Made by a program: the position numbers and the translations under genes. DNA of 60,977 bases, counting the filler, from Hausera hauseri (lineage: Eukaryota), in assembly GCA_046269625.1 (NCBI GenBank). It is 12 parts of 12 records of this genome, joined end to end, with 100 filler letters (N's around TTAATTAATTAA, not from the genome) between each part and the next. Parts side by side here need not be neighbours in the genome. Positions count along the whole stretch, not along the records: positions 35,268 to 42,120 come from JBJURY010058773.1; positions 42,221 to 46,176 come from JBJURY010859633.1; positions 46,277 to 50,282 come from JBJURY010825305.1; 9 more parts are not named here. One strand, 5' to 3'. Of the stretch, positions 37,605-50,382 are shown in pieces (position 1 is the first letter of the stretch; every line of letters begins with the position of its first letter). A model generated the notes under the pieces. It was not told the origin of the DNA. It searched no databases and saw only the letters and a list, made by a program, of their open reading frames with translations.

Positions 37605-40600
37605 TTATACTGTAAAGATGTCTATTTCGTGATCAACTGACTGCTGATATATTTGGATCGTGAGGAGCGTTCCTTTCTGCAGATCGGCATCTGATTCTTT
37701 GATTGTGGGTATTCTATATAAGTTCTCCAAGATGTATTTGTTTTTTGTGGCAAATAGAATCATTCTGATTTTGACCTTTTCTGTATCTTTTAATAGTAAT
37801 GGTCGTCCTCCCCTTGGTTTAGGGAGAAGTGTTATATCCAGCTGTATCGGCATTGGCTGAGACGTGAGAATAGGTTTGTGATTGAGTTGTTTAATAGTTT
37901 CTAGATTCCCTCCTAGAAGTGCTAGATGGAGTGTATTATATGTTTTGTTCTTATATACAATACCAAATGGGATTCCGGAATTGTTATTCGGAATTAGGAG
38001 ATGATTATTTGTTATAACCGAACAAGGTTGTGATATGTATCGGACATTAATACATTGACTGATTTGACCATAAAGTAGTATTGATAATTCCGTCAGGGGA
38101 TTTTGATCAATATTTTTAGGTATACCATCAGTATTCTTTTTTAACTGTTCGATTGTCGATAACTCTGTTTTGAATTTTTCATTTTTGTAATTTTCGTGGT
38201 AGGTTGATGGTATCTTCATGAAACTGCCATAGTCGATTAAATTATTAGATGGGGTTCCCAGTCATAGATCCACTTCTCATTTGAGCAGGAATTTTCTATT
38301 TTATTATAAATTTGGATAATGCTTTGGAGGATTTGTTCGGCTGTTTTTGGAAAACTGTAGGCAAAGCCATATATTATTGGCATCTGGGTCAAATTTGCCT
38401 TGATTCCTTCTTCTTGAAACCTTTGCTTCGTATTTTTTGATGCTAGTAAATCTAGCTTTCCAAATATAAAATCTTCCGGAATCCGAAGGGCTTTAAGAAT
38501 AGTGCTTGTGTTAGCACTAATAACAATATACCCGAAGAGGTATTGTATTATCTCTTTCCGGACTTCATCTTCGTCAGGAGACTGTTGGATAATCTGTATG
38601 GACAACCCATGAATATGTTCATTTGTGTTGGCAATTCTCCTTCTTGGATTGATGAAGGATTGATATATTACTAATTGATTTTCGTCAGCTATAATGATCT
38701 CTATAGGTAGAGAATCTCCATTAGAGGCATAGGCCAATGATACTGCTAAGAATCGGTAATTATGGATTGTTGTTAGTCCATAATTGTAAATGTTTCCATC
38801 TGGCTGCTGATAAAAAATCGGTGAGGTAAATCCTGCTTTAATGTCAGTCCTTGTACACGACTCTATGCCTATCACGACTGGCGTAACTAGAATCCGGAAA
38901 TATAGTTTGGTTTTTAGTGCTACGGCCTTAATTTTCATAGTATTTTTTGCCGTAAGCACTGCCATTTTTTCTGATAATGCTTCATACATATCTGAATGGG
39001 CTCTCATTTGTATCCTTCCTTGAGCCAGATGAATTAGAACTTTTTTGGTGGAATCTTCTATCTGGAGTAAGCTCGTAAGATCCGCATTGTACAGCGGTTT
39101 TTCGTATTTTAATATTCGGAACGAGCGATCCGATACTGTATTAGTTTTTAGTGTATTATCGAGATATTTACATTCTGGATAAAGAATATCTGTGGATTCA
39201 TCCATTAATTCAACTAATCGGCTATAGAATTTTGTAGAGTAAAGATTTCTCTTTGCATCATAAACTTTGATAGAATTCTTTTCATATAACTCGCTCAAGG
39301 ATTTGTTCCGTATTCTGTATATTTCGTTTTGCTTTAGGTTTTCTTGTACTGTATCTTGCAGCTTTCGTTGCTTATTTCTAGGTAAGTCATTAAAGGTGAA
39401 TCCTTTTCGTCTAATCTCGTTTATAGACACAAGTGGTTTTCCGATTTCTATACTTTTAGTTGAGATAGGACGCGCTAGGATACCTCTATGCGTCGAATAA
39501 ATTGAATTTGGAGTTTGAAATGTGAATGTGACATTAGATTCCGGGTATATTATTTGTTGCTGAGGCAGTATAACCCTTCGTTTAGGGTTAGGGACTACCG
39601 TATCCATAGAATCATTGGAACTGGTCTCATCCTCTGACTTATCTAAGTCAATATCTGTTTCTGCTTCTTTTGACTGGTAGATTGGTGTATCCATTTGATG
39701 TAAACTGAAAAGAAGAACAGTATAATAGCAGGTCGTTTTTAATGGCCTGTTGTAAGGGTAGGTGTTTACCCTTCGATAGCTCATTGGTTTCGTATGTTGG
39801 TGCAAATCTATTGGTTTAGATTTGCTGGTGTAAAGTAATGTGTGCTTTAGTACTATGGTTTTAGTCAGTGTGTATATTTTAGTGTGTTTATTTTTAACCT
39901 TAAGTATTTTATCCCTTTCAACGTCGACTATCCACCCCACACATGTCAGACATAGTAGATGAGTTGACAATAACAAAGTTTTATTCATGATTGCTCGTTT
40001 TTTGGAAAATCTTTTTATTTCTATTACCACAAAGGGTGTGGATATGGATAGCAGAAGCACTATTATTATTATGGAAGGGATTATGACTTTTAACATATCT
40101 GCTTGTGTACTAGGTTTGGTCACTAATTGTAGTGGCGTGTAGATTGGAAATTCTTCATGTACTAAATATTTTTCGGTTCTTGTTTGAGTTCGGATTGTTT
40201 GATGTCGGGTTTTTGCATAATTTTGTATAAAAACAATCAGGTATTCTTCATCAGGCTGAAGATCGTTACATCTAGTTATTCGCTCATGTTCTTTTATAAC
40301 AGCATATATATTATGGTATTTTCCTACACAGGTGATGGAAATAGGCTCATTTACTAATTGCAAAGTTTTAAATTCGATGTATGAATCTGAGGGGTTGATG
40401 ATTACTTCAGGTATCTTGCCTAATTTGAATATAGTAATTTGGTTATTACTAGAGGCGGATAATATGGTCATGGTTAATGTAGTTATTTGCTTTACTTGAA
40501 AAAATTGCAATAATGGCATGTGAATATGAAAGTTGAGGGCTTTTTCGCCGGACTTATGCTTAAACAATCTAGGGAAATAATATGTTATTTGTAAGTCAAC

Positions 40601-41089
40601 TTCATTTGTTAAGGTAGGTCTTTTTATCATAACTTTGTCTATTAATTTCGGTTCATTGTCCTTTTCTTGAGTAAAGAAAAAGGTAGGGCCAATTCTTTCT
40701 ACGTATTCCTGTCTTGCTATAGGCAAAATTTTCTGTTTGGATTTCAATAACATTTCAGTTGTTAGGAAATAAAGATCTATAAGGCAAATTTCGTTTAATA
40801 ATGGGGTTGAACAACGTTTGGTTGATAACCAAATTGTGTCATTTATTTCTGGTGATAAGATTAATTGGGTGATTTCTTTGTATTTTGATTTTCCTACGAA
40901 TAATCCGTTTACTAACTCTAGTGAATTCTGCCAGGTAATTTCTACTCGTAATTCTAAATTTCTAACTATAGGGTCTGTTATCATAGTTTGTGCCATGGTT
41001 GATAGTATTAGACCAAAAATCATAATTATAAAGAATAACTGTTCCAGACTACAGGCTGGTTTTAAAACAGGTTGTTTCGATGATCGCAA
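37605..41089 (-). pseudogene. Membrane protein + NLS + inactive DEDDh-like cargo polyprotein, second copy
   Basis: Collinear with 56949-60420. Single-base deletions near 41146 and 38255 break what is one ORF in the other copy. Confidence 0.8.
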
Positions 41090-42541
41090 CGAATATCAAG
41101 ATTCTTTTTTAGCTTTTGGCTCTTCTGGTCCTTTCGTGACTCTTTGGCAGATATACATTCAATTATAGACTTTTTATTAGTGCCCTTTTTAATAAATATG
41201 TTTTCAGGTGTGACCTTTACTACTAAGTAGGGTCCTTTACCGGTGCATGTTAGTTTCAATGATTTTCCTGGTTTCGCTACTGGATAGTGTATCATTACTT
41301 TATCACCTGGTTGAAATTTATGGGGTTTAGCCTTTTTATTATAGTATTCTTGATAATCTTGTTTATATTGTTTGATGGCTTGTTTAGCTTTCTTTCAACA
41401 ATTTGCTAAACTGTTTACAATGCTTTCATGTATATCTTCATCAGACTGACCTTCAGGTATTTCCTTTTCTGGTAATAACTGGATGTCCATTGGGAGTAAT
41501 GGTTTTCTACCATACATTAATTCGAATAGTGTATATCCTGATGAGCTAGTAGGTGTAGTTGCAATTGCAAACTGCACGACTTTTAAGTGGGTATCCCAAT
41601 CCTTTTGAGTCTTTGTCTATTATGGCTGATAGTATACATTGCACTGTATAGTTCAGCCTTTCGACTTTACCATTGCATTGAGGGTGGTATGCTGTTGTTA
41701 GCAACCTATTAGTTTGTCATATGTCTGTTATTTCTTTTAATAATTCGCTTCGGAAGTTTGGTGCTCTGTCTGACAATAGGTAACGTGGAGCACCAAATTG
41801 ACAAACTATTTTGCTAATAAACTTCTTTGCAACTGTGATAGCTAACAAATCCTTTGTTGGTATTAGGATAGCTGGTTAAGTAATCCGTACATAATAATAT
41901 GTACTTATTTCCTTTTAGGGTTGTTGGAAAAGGTCCAGAGAAGTCCATGGCGCAAAATTCCATTGGACTACTCGGCTCTGGTAATGGTTTGAGTTCCGGC
42001 CTATACCGTATACCTGTATTTTTCATTGTTGCACACATTTTGCACTCGTCTACCCAATCTTTAACATCTTGTTCGATTGTGGGCCAGTAATATTTCTGGT
42101 TTATTCCTTTTTTAGTTTTTNNNNNNNNNNNNNNNNNNNNNNNNNNNNNNNNNNNNNNNNNNNNTTAATTAATTAANNNNNNNNNNNNNNNNNNNNNNNN
42201 NNNNNNNNNNNNNNNNNNNNCATTGAAGTTGAAAGGATACAAGGATCTGCACGGCGTTAAATTACCAATATGGAAGTTGGGAAAGTTTACGCTGATTATA
42301 CTTACTTTGGATTTGATTTTAGCTTATGAATAACAGATTTTATTGATTTTGTTTTTCATATTGTTTCTCGACACATTTAGCTAAATATATAAATACATAG
42401 ATAAGTTAAATTATAATAAAACAAAAGGCAAAAACAACGAATAATATACATTATTTACAAAACACAGATCACAATAAATTGTCACAGTAAATGGGTCACT
42501 TTGATCTTTCTTCATCCTTAGCACCGAATTTATTTGTGTTT

Positions 42542-45500
42542 TATTCCAAACACCAATGTCCGTAAGCCCAACTCTTATTCCACCCCACCGACTTACGCTT
42601 ATTATTATTACATGATGAAGCGACTTTGGTACTGGTAACCGTATGCAGCTGGTGCTCAATTGATTGGATGACCGTTTGAGGCACAACAACATTTGATTGT
42701 CCTCCTCCTTCTCCTCCACCGTTTTCTGCCCCGCCGTCACAGGTATGGCGATAATCACCATGGTTTATTTCCGTCTAGACCAACTTAACTCCTTTGGCGC
42801 TCATTATTGGTCCACTGTCTGTTAAAAGGCTATAACATTTCTGCTGTAGAAATAACCATTCCCGATATTGAACCTGACTTTCACTTCCATCCTTAAAGCA
42901 GCCGATTTTGTTTGTGATGACGTTGCTGTACAAAAGATGATTCTCTGGGTACTTAAACGCGTTTAGTAATTCGTCTGCCATCATTTGCCGCAGTAGTTTT
43001 TCGCGATTGACGTTTTTCAGTTCCAAGAAAAAACTACCTGTGTCACGGAAATGATATTGATCTTACATTCGCCGAACATTTGCCGGTATCGTACCAAATA
43101 GCGATACTGCAGCTTATACATTCCCGACTTTCTTAGATCTAATACCACTTATCCTATGTAACTTGGCTGGTCCAGTTTAAAATCTGGCAACCAATCCATC
43201 GGAAATGTGCATTGACCGCCTGAACTGCACCTTGCTGGTGTACGTGACTAACCGCTTTTTGCTATTGCATAGACGTACACTAAGCCGCTATTTTAGATTC
43301 TGTACTGTTTTTCCGTAGCGAAAATTGTTTTTCAGTTTGTATTGGTCTTTTTCAAACTTCGTGCAAGATGCAGCTCGTTTTTCCGAATTCCGACTGATAC
43401 ACGCCTTGAATATCGGAGCCTGTGCAAATCGGACTGCTTGATGTAATTGTGCGGCGCGTACATCGAGATGCATGTAAAATTGCAACAGACGCCAGTGAAC
43501 TATGTAATTTTGTTTACGTTCATAAGTCATAAGCAGCTTTTTCACCTTCGAGCCCTGCAGACATTGCCTAATTGGTGCGACCGGTAATTCATCCAGAAAG
43601 TCACGCAGCTCATCTGGTACCACGAGATTAACTTCCATCAGGTATCCGATTGAACTGTTTTCTGTTGTTTATGCTTTCAACAGATTTTTTACTATGTCGT
43701 CCAGGTTCTCCTTGTCGACTATACACTCGAGTGAACCGTGCGGAAAGGGTTGTGAAAGCGCCCAATAGTACAGGTTATTAATGTCGATATACAACAGTAA
43801 TTTGGTATCATCACTTGTAGCAGCAGCAGCACTAACATGGTGCTTGTTGACAAATGTCATGCTGCCACGAATACAAACATCAAACATTCCGTACAGTTCC
43901 GGGTTTTGCAATAGCTCGATATCCCAACTCATTCCGGATATTGAGTAAAAGTTGAGTGGCTCCAGCCTATATTCTGCCAACGCTTCAGCTCAAAATGTCT
44001 GAAACACATCGACTAATAAGTTAACGTTCAATTTCAGATAGTGAAGCATGTACTCCAACAGGTTTCTTCATCCGAACCTTGCCCAAAACGACTGTGCTTT
44101 GTGATATTCTTCTTCTATGATACCGGTCCATTGCGGTGGTAATTTGTCTCTCATCTGCAGCCTCTCGTACGATATCGCAAAGTCATACGGGAATATGCCT
44201 TTCCTACGCACAATGTGTACAGTGAACTGTGTCAATGTTAGTGGCACATCTGGCAAGGCATTTGCCAGCTTTGAGAAATTGCAGTGAGTCGAGGAAACGT
44301 ACCTGAAACTGTAGTCAGAATTACGGATAGTTCCTTATGTGGTAATCCGTTTATTGTTCATTTCAAAATATGGTGACAATCATAACCCTGAAGTTATAAA
44401 AGATCACCGGCAGGAATGGTAGCACACGCCTTGCCAAATTGCATGAATTACATGCGGCTCTGAGATATCAACAGGTAAAATGATCTTGATCCGTTACGAG
44501 CCGTTCCTTTGCATCAAACGGTAACATTTTGTGGCACAGATAACATTCATCTGTGACTGCAAACATCAGACGTTTATTTTCATCTGTCCACGTCAAGCGT
44601 TTATTACTATTATTACTGTACCAGGGTGCGACTTCCGTTTCTACTATTGTTTCCAACTGATGCAGGAAATCACAGATACAGTTCCAGCCGTGGAAAACGA
44701 AATACTACGGTTGACCAGTGGCTTTTATTAGGACTAGAAACATACCGACAGCAATTGGAAAGTGCTTTTGATAGTATACATTGTGCCATAGTAAAATGAC
44801 TTCAATATCCGCATATATCACGTATGGCGGACTGTCCGTTTTCGACCAGTCACTGAATGTCATCTTCATTTTGACTGGCATGACGTACATTGTTGTTCCC
44901 GAGGAATTTTGTCTGCATAGTGTCACATGTTTCTAACATATTGTTTCCAACATGAATCCATGCAGACATACAGGCCACTATTTACGCAATATATACACTT
45001 TTTGATGAACTGGTCATATTCCATATTCAACAGTCTCTCCAAATTTGTCACGGACAAGTAAAAGAATTTTCACCCTCCTTTTGCTAAAATTGCAACAAAT
45101 TTATTTGTTGTACATTCAGGTTCCGACTATATCTATACGTCATGTCCACATAGGGGTTCTTGTAAATCTCTTTGTCTTCCGGTATTTCTACGACTGTGTT
45201 GTAACAGAACAGAGAAACGTCGGCATGGTTTTTAGTTTCGTAGGCATCCAGCTTTCATCAAAGTCCAATTCGGAAAAATACTGTCGACATTTATTTGGAC
45301 GATATACACTATGTCTATCCACTTGGTCATATTTTAATACGGCCAGAATACTGTAAAGAAAACAGTGTTCATCGTTCTTGTTTTGCGTATTCACCACCGT
45401 CAGAGACTGCTTCAGACCTGCAGGTGTCAGTATGAATGATCGTCCAGACAAGTAAATTATATCAGTCGACTTTGTTATGAAAAAGCCGAGATTGGCAATT

Positions 45501-45700
45501 TTTATAATTCGCAAGCCACTACACTTTTCGGTATAGTTGGCGATTTTTTCGTCCAGGTTTTGGCCTACTACGGCAATAAAATTGTCGGATTACGGTTCGG
45601 CTCGATGTGACAGGAACCATTGTTTCCTATCACATTTCAAATTTTCAAATTCTGCCAGTATATAATACTGAACTTGAGTAGTTATATTACCAGGCTTATG
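42542..45700 (-). pseudogene. Polinton/adintovirus-type pPolB with EndoVII-like insert, degenerate
   Basis: VVNTQNKNDEHCFLYSIL, PYVIYADIE, TDQDHFT, RKGIFPYDF, YIDINNLY, YKLKNNFRYGKTVQN, C-terminal SWAYGHW. Confidence 0.88.
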
Positions 45701-46276
45701 GAATGGCCTCTCAAATTAAAAAAAATTCATTCGTTTGCCACCAACCACCGCTCGCGCATGAAAATTTTTTTAAAAATTTGAAAAACCGACCTATAGCCCT
45801 TGTAATATAACTAATCAAGTCATTAAAAAAATATTCAGTAAAAATGGCTTCAAATAACTCAGATTGTAAATTTTGTGCAACAGGTCGGATTATAATTAAA
45901 TCAGATAATAAGTACATCTGGAGTGAATGTACAATTTGTAAATGTTGTATTAACATTATAAAAATATACAATAAAAAGGGATAATCCGGAACCAATAATT
46001 TCAAATTTAAAGGAAACCAAATTTCAAAATAAACTATTCCCAAATAATTTTCGTTTATTAATGATTGGGAATTTAGAGTGTGGTAAAAATGTGTTATTAA
46101 AGCAAATGCTAACACAACCTGATTTCTTAGATTATGATAATTCATTACTTTTGAATACAACAATATATCAACTAGANNNNNNNNNNNNNNNNNNNNNNNN
46201 NNNNNNNNNNNNNNNNNNNNTTAATTAATTAANNNNNNNNNNNNNNNNNNNNNNNNNNNNNNNNNNNNNNNNNNNN

Positions 46277-49200
46277 AAGATCCAAATGCACGGTTTCAAA
46301 ACGGGAAGTGCAAAGGAAGTGGTAAAGTGGTGGTTTGAGGTGTTTGTTGATTTTATATTGCTGACATGCTACACATCCCTTGACCCAGATCTGTACATCC
46401 ATACGCATAGTTGGCCATACAACGTAGCGTTGCAATAGAAAAAATGTAGCTTTTGAAATCGGATGATGAAGAGAGTAAAAATGAGTGAAAGCTGTTTTTG
46501 TAACGATGGAGCAAGAATGATTTTTTTGTTGTTCCAGTTGGAATTGTCATAGTCAATGCCATCAATGATTTCAACAGATTTAAAAGCTTGGAGAATATCA
46601 GACGATGATTGTTTACTTCTAAAGATTTCAGATAAAAAAATTGGCTGAACTGTAATTGAGTCGACCGACGGCGAAAGAGAGTCTGCTACTAAATTTTCGG
46701 TGCCAAAAATGTACTTAATAGAAATACTAAATGGCGATGGGTATGATATCTGTCGCTCTTGTCTGGGTGATGGCTGTTTTAACGTCATGATATGAAGTAG
46801 AGGTTTGTGGTCGGTTTGGATGGTAAACTGGCGAGATAGAAGCAAATGCTTGAAATGCTTTACCGCTAGAACTACGGCCAGAAGTTCACGATCGAATGTG
46901 GAGCATCTACTTTCCGGTTGCGTGAGCTTTCGGCAATAGAATTCCAATGGCTCGTCAACACCGTTGCCTATTTGGTGTAATATAGCACCAGTGGTTGTGG
47001 TTGAGACATTGGTAGTTAATATCAGTTCTGCGTTTAGTTTTGGAAAAGCCAAAATTTTAACGGTTTTTAGACCTTCACGAAGGCGGTCAAATTGATTTAT
47101 TAAATCGGACGTCCAATAAATTAATTGTATTTTCTTCCCGGATGACAGGTGTGCGAAAGGTGCCGTTAGCTCGAAACAATGTGGCACGTATTTGTGTACG
47201 AAATGCAATGTCCCTAGAAAACTCGTCATATCGGTAGAAGTAGTTGGTATCCTCACATTTTTTAATTGATGTAAGCGATCAGGCTGCGGCGAATGCCCTT
47301 CGGGAGTAATTATGTGGTCTAAGAAGTTGACGCGTTTCTGGAAGAAATTGCATTTGGCGAAATTTATTTGCAGGTTGCATTCTAAGATGCTCACGATGTT
47401 GTTTGATCGAGGTGGAAGCGACTAATATGTCATCTACGTATGGGTGAGCAAAATCAAGACCTGAGAGAACGGTGTCAATGTGGCGCTGAAAGGTCTGAGA
47501 TGCGCTACGTAGGCCGAAAGGCATGAATATGTATTAATAAAGACGAAAGGGTGTGATGACAGCAGTTTTTGGAATGTCATCGAGGGTAACAGGAATTTGA
47601 TGGTAGGCCTTGTGTAGATCAATGGTAGAAGAGGTATTGGTGTTGTTGAGGCTATGAAGAATATCTTTAATGAGTGGTAATGGATAGGCATCTGTAATAG
47701 TTTGATTGTTTAATTGTCGATAGTCGCCATATGGCCTATAGGTACTATCTTTCTTTACCACCACATGAAGAGGAGAAGCCCAAGATGAATTCGATCTCCG
47801 AATGATGCCAAACCTTTCCAGTTCATTAAATTCCTGTTCATAGCTTTACGTCTGCGTGGCGACAAGGGTCTGACCTTTTGTTTCATCGGCCTCTGATGCT
47901 CTGCTACTACGTAATGATAAGTTTTGGATGGCGGCTTGAAGTTGACATCCCTTTTAACTATGCTAAAGCAAGACGTTGTGACGTATGGTTTAAAATTAGA
48001 GTCTAGAGACATGAATGAATGAGGCATGTCATTAGAGAGAACAGCTTCAGTGATTGACAAAAAGCAACTGACATCGATACGGTCGACGCCTAATTTAGAT
48101 TTTTGTTTCAGAATAGATTTATGATTGTCGTCCATAACTGAAATATTACCGACTTTATCGAAAGTTATTTTATAGATGACAAAGCATTCAACATGTTCAC
48201 ATATAAGTGCAATGAATTGCTCGCTAAGTTGTCTACGAGACATATGTTCGAAGTTGCAATTAAGTTTCTGCTTAATAGACAGCTGTATTTGCAATCGACC
48301 AATAGATCATGTGCGGCAAGAAAACTTATCTGGTCAATTCCGTGTTTCCTGCAAGATGCAACGGTTAACCACTGGCAATGAAAAGCGGTGGACAGGAAAT
48401 CATAATTGATGTAGGAACTAAGGACAAGAGAAGGAGCGAAAAGGCAGCTCCTGATTCTATAAGGTATTCGATATGTAAAGTATCTGTACATAACAGTACA
48501 GCTTTCAACAGAAAGAATGCAGAGGTGGTGTTGAAACGGCCATAAGGTTGAGCGATATTGCATGCGCCAGAATGTGCCATAGCATCTGGTGGCATTATTA
48601 GTTTTTTGAAGGTTTTGAAGAAAAGGAAGAAGAGAAAGAAAAGCGAGATTTATCGTTGTAATGTTTGCAACCAGACACGCATGATTTAGCCTGTGACTGG
48701 AACTTATTGTGGTAGACACAAATAGGGTTGTCCACAGCTTACCGTTCGCTGTAGAACCGACAACCCAAAAAGCATTTCCTAGCATCCCTTCGAAATTGCG
48801 TGTGATAGAAGCAAGTCATGCGTCCTCCAGGTGATATTAATCGAGTAGAGTGTCTAGAAATGCTTCTTTCCCTTGAAGATCTGGTTTCACTTTGTCGAGA
48901 TCCATTAAGATTATTTAGTTGGGTAGTAATGGCCGAAATCGACTGCTGTAACTTGTCAAACTGTTACTGCATCATTAGCAATTGTTGAGTAAAAATGTTC
49001 TGTCTGTAGTTGGAACACATGTGGCTGCAGCGCAATAGGGAGAGAACTGTTGACATGATGAATCTCAAAGGATTTGTCAGCCATTATTGCCAGTTTTTCG
49101 ATAGCAGTGGACTCGCGATAACGGTGAGTAAGGCTCTGATTGAGGTGGGCAAAGATGATAAGAAATAACGGCGAATAAAATCCGCGTTATTCGTAGGTGC

Positions 49201-49960
49201 CACTCCTAGAGCGCTAAGCTGCAGAATGGCCGTTTGGAGAAAGTTGGATGGCTTTTGGCTTCCTATCGCGTGGTCGGTAAAATACTTTTGTATTATATTG
49301 TCAATCGAAGGATCCGTAACATGCAGTACAGCTTCACAGAGTGTCTTGTAAGGTGTTGACGATTGTAGCAGCTCGGAGATAGTACTAATCTGCTGCTTGA
49401 CGTTGTCAGGCAGAATAATTAAAAGGCTATTGGCTCGCACAAAAGAATCCGTGATGTTGTTCGATTTTAGCCACTGTTGGTGGAATTAAAGCCATGGTTT
49501 GCTGTAGTTGTTTTTATCAAGGAAAATTCCACACAAGGCAAATTTAACGACGCACGTGATTGTTCAGGGTGTGGCAAACGATACACGTTGCCTGTATTCG
49601 TGGATTTATCATCCGAGAAAGATGGATTTGAGTCCGATCCACCCCGAAGGCGAAAATCAAGCACTAGTTGGATGATGGGACGTTTGCGGAATATGAAAGG
49701 CAAAAGGGAGTTGGAAGGATGTATTATAAGCCATTGACATGTAAAATAGAAATCAGAAGTGTTATATGATGAGGAAAAAGCCTTATATAAGAACTGTGCT
49801 GTCTCGTTCAGTAGAGCTTTTAAAGCTGTAGTGTGTTGGTTGTAGCTAAAGACCAGGAAAGATAATTGTAATGAGGTCATCCCAGGGGAACGATGACATG
49901 CACGGGGGCTTGGGCGCCTCCTCCCCCCGGTTCGAGCGCACAGCCCGGATAGCGGCAACA
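46277..49960 (-). mobile_element. Degenerate Ty3/Gypsy LTR retrotransposon, CsRn1-like, copy C (UBL-gag-PR-RT-RH-IN)
   Basis: UBL ending RLRGG; gag 49084-49600; twin CHCC; gag stop SKN*; PR YLIESGAAFSLL; RT PYGDYRQLN, IDLHKAYHQI, MPFGLRSA, YVDD; RH QTDHKPL; IN CVACQ. Confidence 0.93.
48566..48607 (-). promoter_or_regulatory. -1 ribosomal frameshift signal (A-AAA-AAC plus H-type pseudoknot)
   Basis: Gag ends TCA AAA AAC TAA. Six nt later come stem 1 TGCCA/TGGCA and stem 2 CCAGA/TCTGG. The -1 frame is the protease ORF 48365-48595. Confidence 0.75.
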
Positions 49961-50382
49961 AATGATGATTGAGATAAAGGAATATCCAAAGATGTTAAGC
50001 TTAGAAACCCTTTAAAATGAAAAATGGTTTGAGCCAGGAAGGGTCTGCATATGCCCAAAAAGTGGTCACACTGGTGTGGGCAAATCAGTGACAAAAATCT
50101 CACCACCTGTCTGAATGTTGTTTTACTGAACGCAGTGACAGCTTCTTCATTTCACCAAGCATTGACGATGTGATTTTGATGCAGAATGACTGCGCTGAGA
50201 AATTTTCACCGGGACTGAATGCTGTTAAATTGAAATGGGCACCATGTGACCTGATCTGTCCTTGTGGTGAGAGTATAATAGTNNNNNNNNNNNNNNNNNN
50301 NNNNNNNNNNNNNNNNNNNNNNNNNNTTAATTAATTAANNNNNNNNNNNNNNNNNNNNNNNNNNNNNNNNNNNNNNNNNNNN

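Larger units (their letters stand above)
36005..42120 (-). mobile_element. 3' half of a Ty3/Gypsy element with extended cargo, frameshifted copy
   Basis: Integrase (CAMDFSGPFP...GPY, 41062-42120); cargo ORFs 38237-41089 and 37605-38219; PPT AAAGGGGGGGGGAAGA at 37382-37397; LTR 36005-37381. Confidence 0.92.

Noticed and set aside
41140-41150. Programmed frameshift between integrase and cargo in the 36005-42120 copy
   Set aside because: Comparison with the intact copy shows a simple 1-nt deletion, and this copy has other disabling lesions in integrase.
45711-46163. 150-aa hydrophobic ORF
   Set aside because: Composition reflects AT-rich non-coding sequence, with a non-ATG start and no recognisable motif.
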